A program made the translations under genes and the position numbers. Positions 9,937 through 19,715 of a stretch of 64,000 nucleotides of DNA are shown in pieces; within the stretch, counting starts at the first letter, position 1; the number at the start of each line of letters is the position of its first letter. The stretch comes from an uncultured Planctomycetales bacterium (GTDB taxonomy: Bacteria; Omnitrophota; Gorgyraeia; Gygaellales; Profunditerraquicolaceae). The notes beneath the pieces are model-generated. The model made no database searches. It had not been told where the DNA came from and was given only the letters and a program-made list of their open reading frames with translations. The stretch is from the NCBI GenBank assembly GCA_964645795.1, contig CAZYCL010000001.1, forward strand, positions 159,194 through 223,193, read 5' to 3'.

Positions 9937-10146
9937 CGTCGCTCCTTTTCAATGAGCACATAACTTACACAAGTCCGCTGGAAGCGGACGACGTAAGTTA
10001 TAGCGCTACTATGAATACGCTTTTGCGTGTGCGAATTGAATCCTTGACGCTTGCCTTAAATATTTAATCAGGGTAAGCGTCAAGGATAAATTCGGACATA
10101 AACTTACGTTCGCTCGCTTTGCTCGTTTTGTAAATTTAGTCCTCAT

Positions 10147-11112
10147 TTATTTTTTCCCTTTCAAAAGCGAGCTCGCCAGGCTGTATCTATAAAATAACCC
10201 GGCCTTATCCGGTATGGTATCAACGATCTTTTTTATCTCTTCCTCGTCGTTTGTGCCGATGAGAGAGGCGATCATGGACATGGCCTTGGCCCCGAAGTCT
10301 ATGACGTTATCCAGCGGGCCGAAGCAGCCCCTGCAAGGCATGTTTGCCTTAATACAGCGCTCCCCGCACCCGCCGCGGGTTGCCGGACCCATGCAAATGA
10401 CGCCTTGCGCCAAAAAGCATTTCTCGGGATCAAGCTCTATTTCATAGACGCGCTTAAATTCGGTGATCGCCAGCTTCTCCGGCTTCGAATCCCTGCGCGA
10501 ACACGTATCGCATAGCGCCCGGGTATCGGCCAGGACCGCCCCTTTAGGAGGCAGTTTTCCGGACAAAAGCGCAGTCACGGCATTTAAAAGCAGCTGTGGG
10601 GTTGTAGGGCAACCCGGCAGGTAATAATCTACGTCGATGACCGCATCAAGGGGCTTTACGGTGTTATAGAACTCAGGTAACTGAAGCTTTCTGCCGTGAT
10701 CCTCGCAGCTTGTTTGAGGAAGAATGCCGGAGCGTTTCTCGGTAGACGGGGTATCGCGGTAGACGGCATTTATGACATCCTGCTTGTTGGAGAAGTTCGC
10801 CAGCCCCACTACTCCGCCAAGGCAAGCGCAGGCGCCGTTAGCGATGACGACTTTGGATTTCTTTCTTAAAAGCTTTGCCATATGCTCCTGCTCATCCAGG
10901 CGGATCGCCCCGTTAATCAGAGAGACGGTGATCTCAGCGTCCTGCATCTTTTCCACGTCTTCTACCTTAAAATCCATAGCGCAGGGCCAGAATACGATAT
11001 CCACAGCATCGACCACCTTCAGGATGTTCTCTTCAAGGTCAACTACCGCCTCTTCGCAACCTCCGCAGCTCGAACACCAGTAAAAAGCGACTTTTGGTTT
11101 AGCCATGTCCAC
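10147..11112 (-). CDS. mvhG: [NiFe] hydrogenase small subunit (MvhG-like)
   Basis: N-terminal CSSCGGCEE proximal-cluster motif plus further Cys clusters. Confidence 0.85.
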   Translation of the reverse strand: MDMAKPKVAFYWCSSCGGCEEAVVDLEENILKVVDAVDIVFWPCAMDFKVEDVEKMQDAEITVSLINGAIRLDEQEHMAKLLRKKSKVVIANGACACLGGVVGLANFSNKQDVINAVYRDTPSTEKRSGILPQTSCEDHGRKLQLPEFYNTVKPLDAVIDVDYYLPGCPTTPQLLLNAVTALLSGKLPPKGAVLADTRALCDTCSRRDSKPEKLAITEFKRVYEIELDPEKCFLAQGVICMGPATRGGCGERCIKANMPCRGCFGPLDNVIDFGAKAMSMIASLIGTNDEEEIKKIVDTIPDKAGLFYRYSLASSLLKGKK

Positions 11113-11118
11113 CTCGTC

Positions 11119-11565
11119 TTAGTCTTTTCTTAAATGCAGGGGGCCTAATTTCCGCACGTTCTCAACCATCTCATGGGCTACGCGCACGAACTTGTCGCCT
11201 TCGCTGGCCGAAACCCAATCAAGCATAAACCTGTTATCTTCGATGCCAAAATCCTTTAAAGCTTCCTTAAAAAGCTTATAGCGCCTCAGGGCCTTGTAAT
11301 TGCCTTCCTTGTAATGGCAATCACCGGGATGGCAGCCCAGGATTATTACCCCATCAGCGCCTTCCCTGAACGCCTCAAGGACAAATTGCGGGTCAACCCT
11401 GCCGCTGCACATGACCCTGATGATCTTGATGTTAGGAGGAAAATCCTTCTGCGACCTTCCTGCGGAATCAGCGCCAGAATAAGAACACCAGTTACACAGT
11501 ATACCTACGATTTTAGGCTCAAACTGTACCATTGTTCCTCCTTTGGCCTCAGAACAATTCTTCAT
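11119..11565 (-). CDS. mvhD: Methyl-viologen-reducing hydrogenase delta subunit MvhD
   Basis: 148 aa; GILCNWCSY...CSGRVDP...ILGCHPGDCHY motifs typical of MvhD. Confidence 0.85.
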   Translation of the reverse strand: MKNCSEAKGGTMVQFEPKIVGILCNWCSYSGADSAGRSQKDFPPNIKIIRVMCSGRVDPQFVLEAFREGADGVIILGCHPGDCHYKEGNYKALRRYKLFKEALKDFGIEDNRFMLDWVSASEGDKFVRVAHEMVENVRKLGPLHLRKD

Positions 11566-11687
11566 TGATTACACAGATTAAAAAACTGATTACATAGATT
11601 AAATCTTAAAGCCGTTTTTTGTCCCAATCTGCGTAATCCCGTTTCTAATCTGTGTAATCTCGCTTCTTATCTGTGTAATCATTCTTT

Positions 11688-13655
11688 CTAACGCAGAAGA
11701 GCTTTTATCTCTTCAAAGATCTGCTCGTCGGTAAAATGCTTGCCGACAATGGCGCCGCTCGGGCATGCTGCCACGCACACGCCGCAACCCCTGCAAAGGA
11801 TATCGTTGATGTGGGCGCGCTTCTTGGCCTCGTCAAATGTTATCGCCTTGTAAGGACACAACCCCACGCAGGACTTGCAGCCCGAACAGTTATCCTCGAT
11901 GACTTCGGAGACCCGGGGGTCAAGCTCAAGCTTCTCTCCCGGGACTAGGCGAAAGAGGATCCTGCCGGCGGCAGCCTGGCCTTGTTCGACAGACTGGCCC
12001 ATCTCCATCGGCGCCACACAGCAACCAGCCACAAATACGCCCTCTGTGGTAGTAGACACCGGCGCTAACTTGCCGTGCTCTTCAACGAAGAATCCAAACT
12101 TATCTACTCCCACATCAAAGATCTGCGCCAACTCCACAGCCCCTTTAACCCCCTGGATACCCGTACCCAGTATCACCATATCGAAACCATCGATCTCCTG
12201 GACATGGCCGGTTTTATAATCGGGGAATTTAACGCTGATCCCTGAGTCCTTCTTATGCACCTCTACGGCCTCGTGGTTAGAAGTGCGCACGAATTCTACT
12301 CCATGCTCCTTGCTTACCTTATTAAAGAACTTCTGGCCGTCCTTGCCGGTGAGGCAGAAATCAGAGTAAATGTTGACCAAATGCGCATCGTGAAGCTGAT
12401 GCTTTATCAACTCGATGAATTTAAGGTTCTCCTGACAGCAGATGCCCGAACAGTAATCCAGGTACTTTGAGCTGCGGGAACCTGCGCAATTAATAAGCGC
12501 GATCTTCTTGGGGGGCTGTCCGTTCTTAAGCAGAAGCTTGCCTTGTGTGGGGCCGGTGGTGCTTAAGATCCGCTCCATCTCGACGTTATTATAAACGTCT
12601 TCGATCGTTGGCCAGCCGTATTGAGGCGCCTTGGAGCAATCAAACGCCTCAAAACCGGTAGCCAGGATTATGGAGCCGACCTTGACCTCGATCAACTCAT
12701 CCTTGTCTTCGTAATTTATCGCGCCGAACGGACAGGCAACCTGGCAGGCAGTGCAATCCTGGCCCTTAAAACGCAAGCAGTTGGCCTTATCCAGGACCGC
12801 AAGATTGGGCAATGCCCCCGGATATGGCATGTAGATGGCGCTGCGTTGGTTAAGCCCCTCATTAAGCTCATTTTTTACTTTGACCGGGCAGGCCTCGGCA
12901 CATGCCCCGCAGCCAAGGCAGGCGTCTTTATTGACAAAGCGGGCCTTCTTGTTGATCTTAACATTGAAGTTACCAAGGAAGCCGGTGACCTCCGCTACTT
13001 CGCTGTAAGCAAACAATTGAATATGCTCGTCGTGAAGTATCTCGTCAAGCTTATGCTCGAGCATGCAAGGGGCGCACTCCATGCGCGGGAACGCCTCCCC
13101 AAAACGGTTAAAGGTGCCTCCGATACAGGGGAGCTTTTCAACGAGATAGACTTTTCTCTGTTTCTGGGCAAGGGTCAGTGCCGCATTCATGCCGGCAACG
13201 CCTGAGCCAACTACCAGGACATCGGGAATGCAATCGATCTGGCGGGGAGTAAGCGGCTGGTGCAAAGCTACGCGTTTGACCGCTGCCTTTATCATCTTTT
13301 TGGCATGTTCGCTGGCCTGGTCCTTGTCTTTCATGACCCAGGCGCAATGCTCGCGGATATTGGCTATTTGAAGGAAATACGGGTTTAAACCGGCGTCCTG
13401 CAGGACTTTTTTGAAAGTTGCTTCATGCTCGCGGGGGGAACAGGCGGCGATGACTACGCGGGTAAGCTTCTGCTCTTTTATGTCGCGGGATATCTCGTCC
13501 TTGCCTTCGGCGGAACAGAGGAGCCGGAAAGGCTTTGAAAACACAACATTCTCCAAACTCCTGGCAGATTCTACTACTTCTTCGAACTTCAGGGCATCCT
13601 TGATATTCGGTCCGCATTCGCACACATAGACACCGATTCTTTCGCTCATAGTCAT
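11688..13655 (-). CDS. hdrA: Heterodisulfide reductase subunit A-like flavoprotein (HdrA)
   Basis: 655 aa; FAD-binding GSGVAGMNAA motif and multiple 4Fe-4S ferredoxin Cys motifs. Confidence 0.85.
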   Translation of the reverse strand: MTMSERIGVYVCECGPNIKDALKFEEVVESARSLENVVFSKPFRLLCSAEGKDEISRDIKEQKLTRVVIAACSPREHEATFKKVLQDAGLNPYFLQIANIREHCAWVMKDKDQASEHAKKMIKAAVKRVALHQPLTPRQIDCIPDVLVVGSGVAGMNAALTLAQKQRKVYLVEKLPCIGGTFNRFGEAFPRMECAPCMLEHKLDEILHDEHIQLFAYSEVAEVTGFLGNFNVKINKKARFVNKDACLGCGACAEACPVKVKNELNEGLNQRSAIYMPYPGALPNLAVLDKANCLRFKGQDCTACQVACPFGAINYEDKDELIEVKVGSIILATGFEAFDCSKAPQYGWPTIEDVYNNVEMERILSTTGPTQGKLLLKNGQPPKKIALINCAGSRSSKYLDYCSGICCQENLKFIELIKHQLHDAHLVNIYSDFCLTGKDGQKFFNKVSKEHGVEFVRTSNHEAVEVHKKDSGISVKFPDYKTGHVQEIDGFDMVILGTGIQGVKGAVELAQIFDVGVDKFGFFVEEHGKLAPVSTTTEGVFVAGCCVAPMEMGQSVEQGQAAAGRILFRLVPGEKLELDPRVSEVIEDNCSGCKSCVGLCPYKAITFDEAKKRAHINDILCRGCGVCVAACPSGAIVGKHFTDEQIFEEIKALLR

Positions 13656-13692
13656 TTCCTTTGTTAAGGTTCTTAGGTTTTAGTGCCTGTCC

Positions 13693-13938
13693 TTAATCTA
13701 CTTCGAGCGAATCCACAACAAGTAACCTGCCGTCGATAAAATTTACCGAAACCTGCGTATTCTCCAGCTTTGTGCCTTTGCTAAAATGCGCAAACCAGAA
13801 TTTAAGGGATTCTTCCGATATGGCAAGGTCGCGTCCGAGATTGACCGAAACCCTGGCTACGGACTTCACATCCTCTTTGTCTTTAATCCGCTGCTGGAGG
13901 GAATCGACCAGGCCTTTTGTTATCCCCACCTCATGCAT
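13693..13938 (-). CDS. hypA: HypA-like hydrogenase nickel-insertion protein lacking the zinc-finger region
   Basis: The MHEVGIT start and SLKFWFAHFSKGT block match HypA. The protein is 81 aa and has no CxxC...CxxC zinc site. Confidence 0.55.
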   Translation of the reverse strand: MHEVGITKGLVDSLQQRIKDKEDVKSVARVSVNLGRDLAISEESLKFWFAHFSKGTKLENTQVSVNFIDGRLLVVDSLEVD

Positions 13939-13941
13939 GGC

Positions 13942-15531
13942 TTAAAACTCCTTAAGATTCTTACCGTCCTCCTCGAACGGAATAACATCCTCAGGCTTGC
14001 TTACTCTTACCCCCGAAAATGATCCCTTCATATCCTTTGAAGACGCTGCCAGCCTATGTCTTTCGAGCGACCTGCGGTCATGGCCAAGAAGCTTGGCTTT
14101 TGGGTCGATAAGGGCGTTCTTTGCCCCGCCTACGAGGTCGGTGAGTCCGGCAACAAGGCTCTTTAAAAGCTGGGCTTGGGAAGAAAGCTCCTCGGCGCTT
14201 GCCGCTGTTTCTTCGGCGGCGGAAGCGGTCTCGTGAGTTGCGGTGCTCACCTCGGCCACAGAACAGGCAACATTAGTGATGGCCTGCGACTGGTCAGAGC
14301 TGGCTTTGGCGATATCGGCTACAATATCGGCTACCTTGTTAGCATGGTCGCTTATATCGTTCAATGCCCCGCCTACTTTTTTGGCAATCTCCGAGCCGTT
14401 CTTGGCCTTAGAGATGTTATCCTCGATGAGGCTGGCTGTATCTTTGGCAGCCTCAGCGGAACGCTTGGCAAGATTTCTGACTTCCTCGGCTACTACGGCA
14501 AAGCCTTTGCCGTGCTCACCGGCCCTGGCTGCTTCAACCGCCGCATTCAAAGCCAGAAGATTGGTCTGGAAGGCGATCTCCTCGATAGTCTTAATGATCT
14601 TGGAGATCTTGTCAGAAGACTGGTTTATGGCCGACATCGCCTGTTCCATCTCTTGCATGGAGACATTTCCCTGTTCGGCGGTTCGTTTTGTATCCTGGGC
14701 GATATTGTTGGCTTTCTGGGCGTTTTCCGAATTCGAGAAGATCACCGTATTCATCTCTCCCAGTGAATCGGTAACCTGCTGAACGCCTGAAGCCTGCTCT
14801 GTAGCCCCTTGCGAAAGCTGTTGAGACGCAGAAGCGACATGAACGGAGGCGTTGGTGATCTCGTTAGCCGAGGAATCAAGGTTCTTTACCGTAGCCAGGA
14901 TCGGCTTGGCAATGGAGTTTCCCAGCAGGACGGTCACTGCTATCCCGGCTAAAATGATTATTGCCGAAAATACAAGGATGACGGAATTAATCCTGCCGGT
15001 GGTAGCCGAGACATACCCCTTGTCAAAACCGGTAAACCACATCCCGATAATCTGGTTAGCTTGATTTTTTATCGGAGAGTATTTTGACAAAACCTCTTTT
15101 CCCACGACATTGGCGATACCGATAAAATCCCTGCCTTCCCGGAGCACTTTCTGGTTGACCTCTTCCGAGACTTTCGTTCCCACGGCCCGGGAACCGTCCT
15201 CTTTGATCACGTTAGTCGCCACGCGGGTGTCAGCGGCAAAAATTGTAACCAGGGCGCCGGTGCTTGCCTTAATTTTATCCACAAACTCCCAATCACCGTT
15301 AAACAAATGCTCGCCCTTATAAAGCTCGTTACCCCTGAGGGACCACTCGCCCGGATAACTGGTTTCCAGAAAATCGCGGGAAAGCTTATGCTCAGTTTCA
15401 AGCTTAGATATGATAAGATTGTTGGAAAGCCTGCCGACTTCATGGCTTATGAAAAAATACACCCCCAGGCCGAACAATAGGAACAAAGATACGGTAGGAA
15501 TAGCAATTCTTTGCTTCATGCTGAACGCCAT
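13942..15531 (-). CDS. Methyl-accepting chemotaxis protein with periplasmic Cache-type sensor
   Basis: N-terminal TM, sensor region, second TM, then an MCP signalling domain ([38 protein letters not shown]). Confidence 0.9.
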   Translation of the reverse strand: MAFSMKQRIAIPTVSLFLLFGLGVYFFISHEVGRLSNNLIISKLETEHKLSRDFLETSYPGEWSLRGNELYKGEHLFNGDWEFVDKIKASTGALVTIFAADTRVATNVIKEDGSRAVGTKVSEEVNQKVLREGRDFIGIANVVGKEVLSKYSPIKNQANQIIGMWFTGFDKGYVSATTGRINSVILVFSAIIILAGIAVTVLLGNSIAKPILATVKNLDSSANEITNASVHVASASQQLSQGATEQASGVQQVTDSLGEMNTVIFSNSENAQKANNIAQDTKRTAEQGNVSMQEMEQAMSAINQSSDKISKIIKTIEEIAFQTNLLALNAAVEAARAGEHGKGFAVVAEEVRNLAKRSAEAAKDTASLIEDNISKAKNGSEIAKKVGGALNDISDHANKVADIVADIAKASSDQSQAITNVACSVAEVSTATHETASAAEETAASAEELSSQAQLLKSLVAGLTDLVGGAKNALIDPKAKLLGHDRRSLERHRLAASSKDMKGSFSGVRVSKPEDVIPFEEDGKNLKEF

Positions 15532-15762
15532 CTTGGCCTCCTGTCAAAAGAAAAAGTAAATTAATTTTCTCCGGGCAAAAGCCGCTTTTATGGGGAATAA
15601 AAGCTGCCTTTCCCGAAGAGTCGGGACGGAAGGCATTTGGTGCGGCGTAGAGACAAGTTTTTTCTGCGCAAGCTCCGTTGCTTGGACCGCAAGAAAAAAC
15701 GTAAGTTGATTTACTAAATATATTATAATTTTTTCCTAACGCATTGCAAGCAAATAATTAAA

Positions 15763-16281
15763 CTAACTGCCTACCTGTTCGATAAGCCCCGCATCCTCCG
15801 TAAGCACCCTTTCGATGTTAAGCAGGATCTTTACCTTGTCGCCGACCTTTCCGATACCGGTTATGAAATCCGTATGGACGCTGGTACCAAACTTAGGAGT
15901 AGGCTCGATGCGGTCCTGAGATATGTCAAGGACCTCGGAGACCCTGTCCACGACTATGCCCATGAGCATATCTGCTACATTAAGGACTATGATGCAGGTC
16001 TCATTGGTATAGTTGATCTTCTCCATCCCGAATTTGAGACGCAAATCAATCACCGGTATTATCTTGCCCCTCAGGTTGATCACGCCTTTGACATACTCCG
16101 GGACCTTGGGGACTGCCGTGATATCCATAAGCCCGATGATCTCGCGCACCTGAAGTATCTCCAGGCCGTACTCCTCATGCCCGAGGACAAAAGTAAGATA
16201 TTTTCCTTCCTTGGCGGCTAACACCTCATCATTGATCCTTGCTCTTTCCGTCTCTCCCATCTTTGCCTCCTTTTTTCTCAA
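15763..16281 (-). CDS. cheW: Chemotaxis coupling protein CheW
   Basis: YLTFVLGHEEYGLEILQVREII...VINLRG motif. Confidence 0.9.
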   Translation of the reverse strand: MRKKEAKMGETERARINDEVLAAKEGKYLTFVLGHEEYGLEILQVREIIGLMDITAVPKVPEYVKGVINLRGKIIPVIDLRLKFGMEKINYTNETCIIVLNVADMLMGIVVDRVSEVLDISQDRIEPTPKFGTSVHTDFITGIGKVGDKVKILLNIERVLTEDAGLIEQVGS

Positions 16282-16300
16282 AATCCGTCCCTGTTCTTGG

Positions 16301-17959
16301 CTAAAACTCTTTCAGGCGATGGGCCTCATCTGCGGACAAAGCTTCATCGGGCCTGGTGATCATTGGGCCTGCATTATCCTGTTTAGCGGACCTGCCGGGT
16401 TCTGCGCTTTTCTGGGGTTTATTGGTTTGCGCGTGCCCCGCGCCATGCTTTAGCTGCTTCCTTCTTTCGCAAGCACTATCTATGCGCTCCTGGCTCTGGG
16501 CCAATGCCACCCTTAAACCGCCTATGACCTGAGCCAGCTCAACGATCAACCCCTTTAGCATCTGCGCCTGGGAAGAGAGCTCTTCGGCGCTAGATGCGCT
16601 CTCCTCGGCGGAGGCGGCGGTCTGCTGGGTAACCTGGTTCATCTGGGTGACGGCATTAGTGATCTGGTTTATGCCGCTGGACTGCTCCTTGGAAGCCGCG
16701 GCGATCTCCGCTACGAAATTAGCCACCTTGGTTGCCTGCTGGGTGATCACGTCAAAAGAAGTCTCGATATCTTTGGAGTTATCGAGGCTGGCTTTTGCCT
16801 TGGACATATTATCTTCTATGAGAGTAGCGGTATCTTTGGCCGCTTCCGCTGATCTCTTAGCCAGATTCCTTACTTCTTCGGCCACCACCGCAAAACCTTT
16901 GCCGTGCTCGCCTGCGCGCGCGGCCTCAACCGCAGCGTTCAAGGCCAGAAGGTTAGTCTGGAAGGCGATCTCCTCGATGGTCTTGATGATCCTGGATATC
17001 TTATCGGAAGACTGGCTCAACTCATGCATCGCCTCGCCCATCCTGCCCATGGCAATAGCCCCGGCTTCGGCAGAAGCCCTTGCTTCCTGGGCTATTTCAT
17101 TGGCCTTGGAGGCGTTCTCGGCATTCTGGTTGATCATGGCATTCATCTCTTCAAGAGAGCTGGATACCTCTTCAATAGACGAGGCCTGCTCGGTAGCCCC
17201 CTGGGAAAGCTCCTGGGAGGCTGCGGCAACTTCTGTAGCCGCGATAGTAGTCTGGTCTGCGCCGGAGTTAAGATTATAGGCGATGCGTTTTACGGGCCTG
17301 GCAATAGACCTGGCAAATAATACCGACACAACCGTAGTCGCCAGGAAAAGCAGAATAACTATAAACAAAGTCCAGTAGATAACCTTACCCACTTCTCTTT
17401 CGACGTCGTCTATATAAATACCACTACCCACGATCCAGCCCCACTTGGGATACAGCTTAACGAAAGAAATCTTAGGGTACTGCTTGGGATCGCCTGGTTT
17501 TCTCCAATAGTAATTTACAAACCCCTCTGCCTTCTGCCTGCAGACATTGACCATCTCTACGAAAAGCGCCTTTCCCGTAGGGTCCTTATAATCGATTAGG
17601 CTCTTGCCGTTAAGATCGGTGGTGATGGGGTGCATGATCATGCGCGGCTCAAGGTCGTTTATCCAAAAGTAATCATTATCGCCGTAACGCATGGCTCTTA
17701 TTTGCTCTATGGCCTTGCCCTGAGCTTCGGACAGAGAAAGCTCGCCCGCCTCCACCCTGTTGCCATAATCGGCGATGACGCTGAACGCCGCTTCCACCAG
17801 CTGCCGCGTCTTCAAGTATTTGGCATCATAAGCGCTGTTTCTGAACATCGGGACTATCCAAATCAGTATAAGAGAAAACGCAAGAGCGATACCGATGCAC
17901 AACAGCAGTATCTTGCTAAAAATACCCATGTTCTTGAACATCTCCCCCTCCTTTTTCAC
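16301..17959 (-). CDS. Methyl-accepting chemotaxis protein with sCache_2-type sensor
   Basis: [16 protein letters not shown] sensor motif; MCP signalling domain nearly identical to that of the other MCP. Confidence 0.9.
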   Translation of the reverse strand: MKKEGEMFKNMGIFSKILLLCIGIALAFSLILIWIVPMFRNSAYDAKYLKTRQLVEAAFSVIADYGNRVEAGELSLSEAQGKAIEQIRAMRYGDNDYFWINDLEPRMIMHPITTDLNGKSLIDYKDPTGKALFVEMVNVCRQKAEGFVNYYWRKPGDPKQYPKISFVKLYPKWGWIVGSGIYIDDVEREVGKVIYWTLFIVILLFLATTVVSVLFARSIARPVKRIAYNLNSGADQTTIAATEVAAASQELSQGATEQASSIEEVSSSLEEMNAMINQNAENASKANEIAQEARASAEAGAIAMGRMGEAMHELSQSSDKISRIIKTIEEIAFQTNLLALNAAVEAARAGEHGKGFAVVAEEVRNLAKRSAEAAKDTATLIEDNMSKAKASLDNSKDIETSFDVITQQATKVANFVAEIAAASKEQSSGINQITNAVTQMNQVTQQTAASAEESASSAEELSSQAQMLKGLIVELAQVIGGLRVALAQSQERIDSACERRKQLKHGAGHAQTNKPQKSAEPGRSAKQDNAGPMITRPDEALSADEAHRLKEF

Positions 17960-18465
17960 TTACGCGCCAATACCCCGTAATCCGGCGCCCAGTCAGCCTG
18001 ACGGACCCTTCGAGTCTTAATCACTATGGCGTCGCCTGAACCGGTATTAAACATCACCTTCCTGCCCAAGCCTCCGCCGATGTCCTCGGACACGACATTG
18101 ATCCGGGATCTCCTTAAAATGCTTTTAACCGATTTTAAAACCTGCGCCGCCCTTCTCCTGGAAAAACCGCCGCAAGTATCCCCTCCTCCAAATATCTGCG
18201 CCTCCAGGGAATAGACGGAGGAGTTAAAAGACATCATCTGTTTTATCAAAGACGGTATGGCTATATCGACATGGTAGTTAGTGGCCCTCTCTCCCCACTT
18301 GACTTTCGGATAAATACAGTGGGCCATGCCTCCGGACCTTCTGATCTTATCCCAGAGCACGACAACAACGCCGTTACCGCATACGGAACACAAAAGCGTC
18401 GGCTCCTTGCAGACCACCATGTACCCCGGATTAATAATGCATTGATATTTAACCAGCGACTTCAT
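17956..18465 (-). CDS. cheD: CheD-like chemoreceptor glutamine deamidase (second paralog)
   Basis: [29 protein letters not shown] matches the CheD core. Start set at MKSLV to avoid overlap with cheR. Confidence 0.7.
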   Translation of the reverse strand: MKSLVKYQCIINPGYMVVCKEPTLLCSVCGNGVVVVLWDKIRRSGGMAHCIYPKVKWGERATNYHVDIAIPSLIKQMMSFNSSVYSLEAQIFGGGDTCGGFSRRRAAQVLKSVKSILRRSRINVVSEDIGGGLGRKVMFNTGSGDAIVIKTRRVRQADWAPDYGVLARK

Positions 18466-18472
18466 ATTCAGG

Positions 18473-19330
18473 TCAGTTCTTTTTAAACACTGCCGGCGCA
18501 ACGCTCTTAAGGTTAGCCCGCAGACCCAGGAGCGTTTCGGAGTGCCCGATTATAAGATAGCCGTCTTCGTCAAGGTATTTACAGAACTTATCCATCAGCT
18601 TCATCTGGGTATTAACGTCGAAGTAGATCATCACGTTCCTGCATAATATTATATCAAAAGGCCCCTGGAACGGAAAAGAATCGCTCATGAGGTTAACGCG
18701 GTAGAAGAAAGCCAGCTTTTTCACCAGATCGCTTACCTCAAAGGCGTCTTCCCCCGGAGCGCTTTTGCGGCGGAAGTAGCTCGAAAGCAGAAGCGGCGGC
18801 ACGCTTTTGATTTTGGACTCGTCATAACGGGCCTGCTTGGCGAAAGCCAGGACTTTGGTGGAAATATCGGAACCCAGGATCTTAACGTCCCAGGCATTCA
18901 AAGAGAGCTTCTGGTTCTTCATGTATTCAAGGAGGGTGATCAGAACGCTATAAACTTCCTCTCCGCTTGAGCAGCCTGCTGACCATATGCGCACCCTATG
19001 CCGTCTTCGGTTGCGCTCGAATATATCCGGGAAGATGCGCGTTGTCATAAAATCAAAATGCTGAACTTCGCGAAAGAACGAAGTAACGTTGGTAGATATT
19101 ACGTCGAGCATCTTCACAAGCTCTGCGCCGGACTTATCTTCCGTCACATACTTATAATAATCCCTGAAGCGGCTAAAGCCGTATACGCGCATACGCTTAA
19201 GCAGGCGCGCCTTAAGCAGCTCTTTTTTATTGTCGCCTAAAAAGATGCCGCTACGTTTATAGATAAGCTCGGCAAAGAGCGAATAATCCTGATCGCTGAT
19301 TTCCAAAGCGAAATCGCTGAAAAAACCCAT
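18473..19330 (-). CDS. cheR: Chemotaxis protein methyltransferase CheR
   Basis: SAM-methyltransferase motifs (TSFFRE, RIWSAGCSSGEEVYS). Confidence 0.9.
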   Translation of the reverse strand: MGFFSDFALEISDQDYSLFAELIYKRSGIFLGDNKKELLKARLLKRMRVYGFSRFRDYYKYVTEDKSGAELVKMLDVISTNVTSFFREVQHFDFMTTRIFPDIFERNRRRHRVRIWSAGCSSGEEVYSVLITLLEYMKNQKLSLNAWDVKILGSDISTKVLAFAKQARYDESKIKSVPPLLLSSYFRRKSAPGEDAFEVSDLVKKLAFFYRVNLMSDSFPFQGPFDIILCRNVMIYFDVNTQMKLMDKFCKYLDEDGYLIIGHSETLLGLRANLKSVAPAVFKKN

Positions 19331-19334
19331 ATGG

Positions 19335-19715
19335 CTATGTGAGGAAACTCTTGAGTTCTGCGCCGGTTTTAGCCGCGCTCATAAGATTGAGATCAATGAG
19401 CCTGCGTATGTGCGTAAGGTCGACATCGCGCATGCGAATAAAATAAATCCCGAAGCCTATCCCGGATTTACGCACGATCTTAGCCTGCCCCTGTACGGTT
19501 ATCCGCGGCCGCGTCCCGGGCAGGATGATCTTATACTCGATGCTGTCCCCGACCCGCAGGCCATTTCTCTTATCGGTCTTAACGTATACTCCTTTTAAAG
19601 AAATGTTATCTATAAGGCCGCTGAATCTATTCCTGCCCTTATACAGGATTATCGGATGAGCATAGGCTACGCGAGTGGTCTTTCTTTTGTTTGAATTATT
19701 TCTGCTGGTTATCAT
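19335..19715 (-). CDS. PilZ domain protein (putative c-di-GMP receptor)
   Basis: RKTTRV (RxxxR) and DNISLKG (D/NxSxxG) motifs. Confidence 0.7.
   Translation of the reverse strand: MITSRNNSNKRKTTRVAYAHPIILYKGRNRFSGLIDNISLKGVYVKTDKRNGLRVGDSIEYKIILPGTRPRITVQGQAKIVRKSGIGFGIYFIRMRDVDLTHIRRLIDLNLMSAAKTGAELKSFLT

Noticed and set aside
11567-11680. Possible CRISPR or REP element
   Set aside because: The 13-bp units have 21-bp phasing and inverted blocks. This fits an operator array, not a repeat-spacer structure.
14176-14782. Plus-strand ORFs within the MCP gene
   Set aside because: Antisense to the conserved MCP signalling domain.
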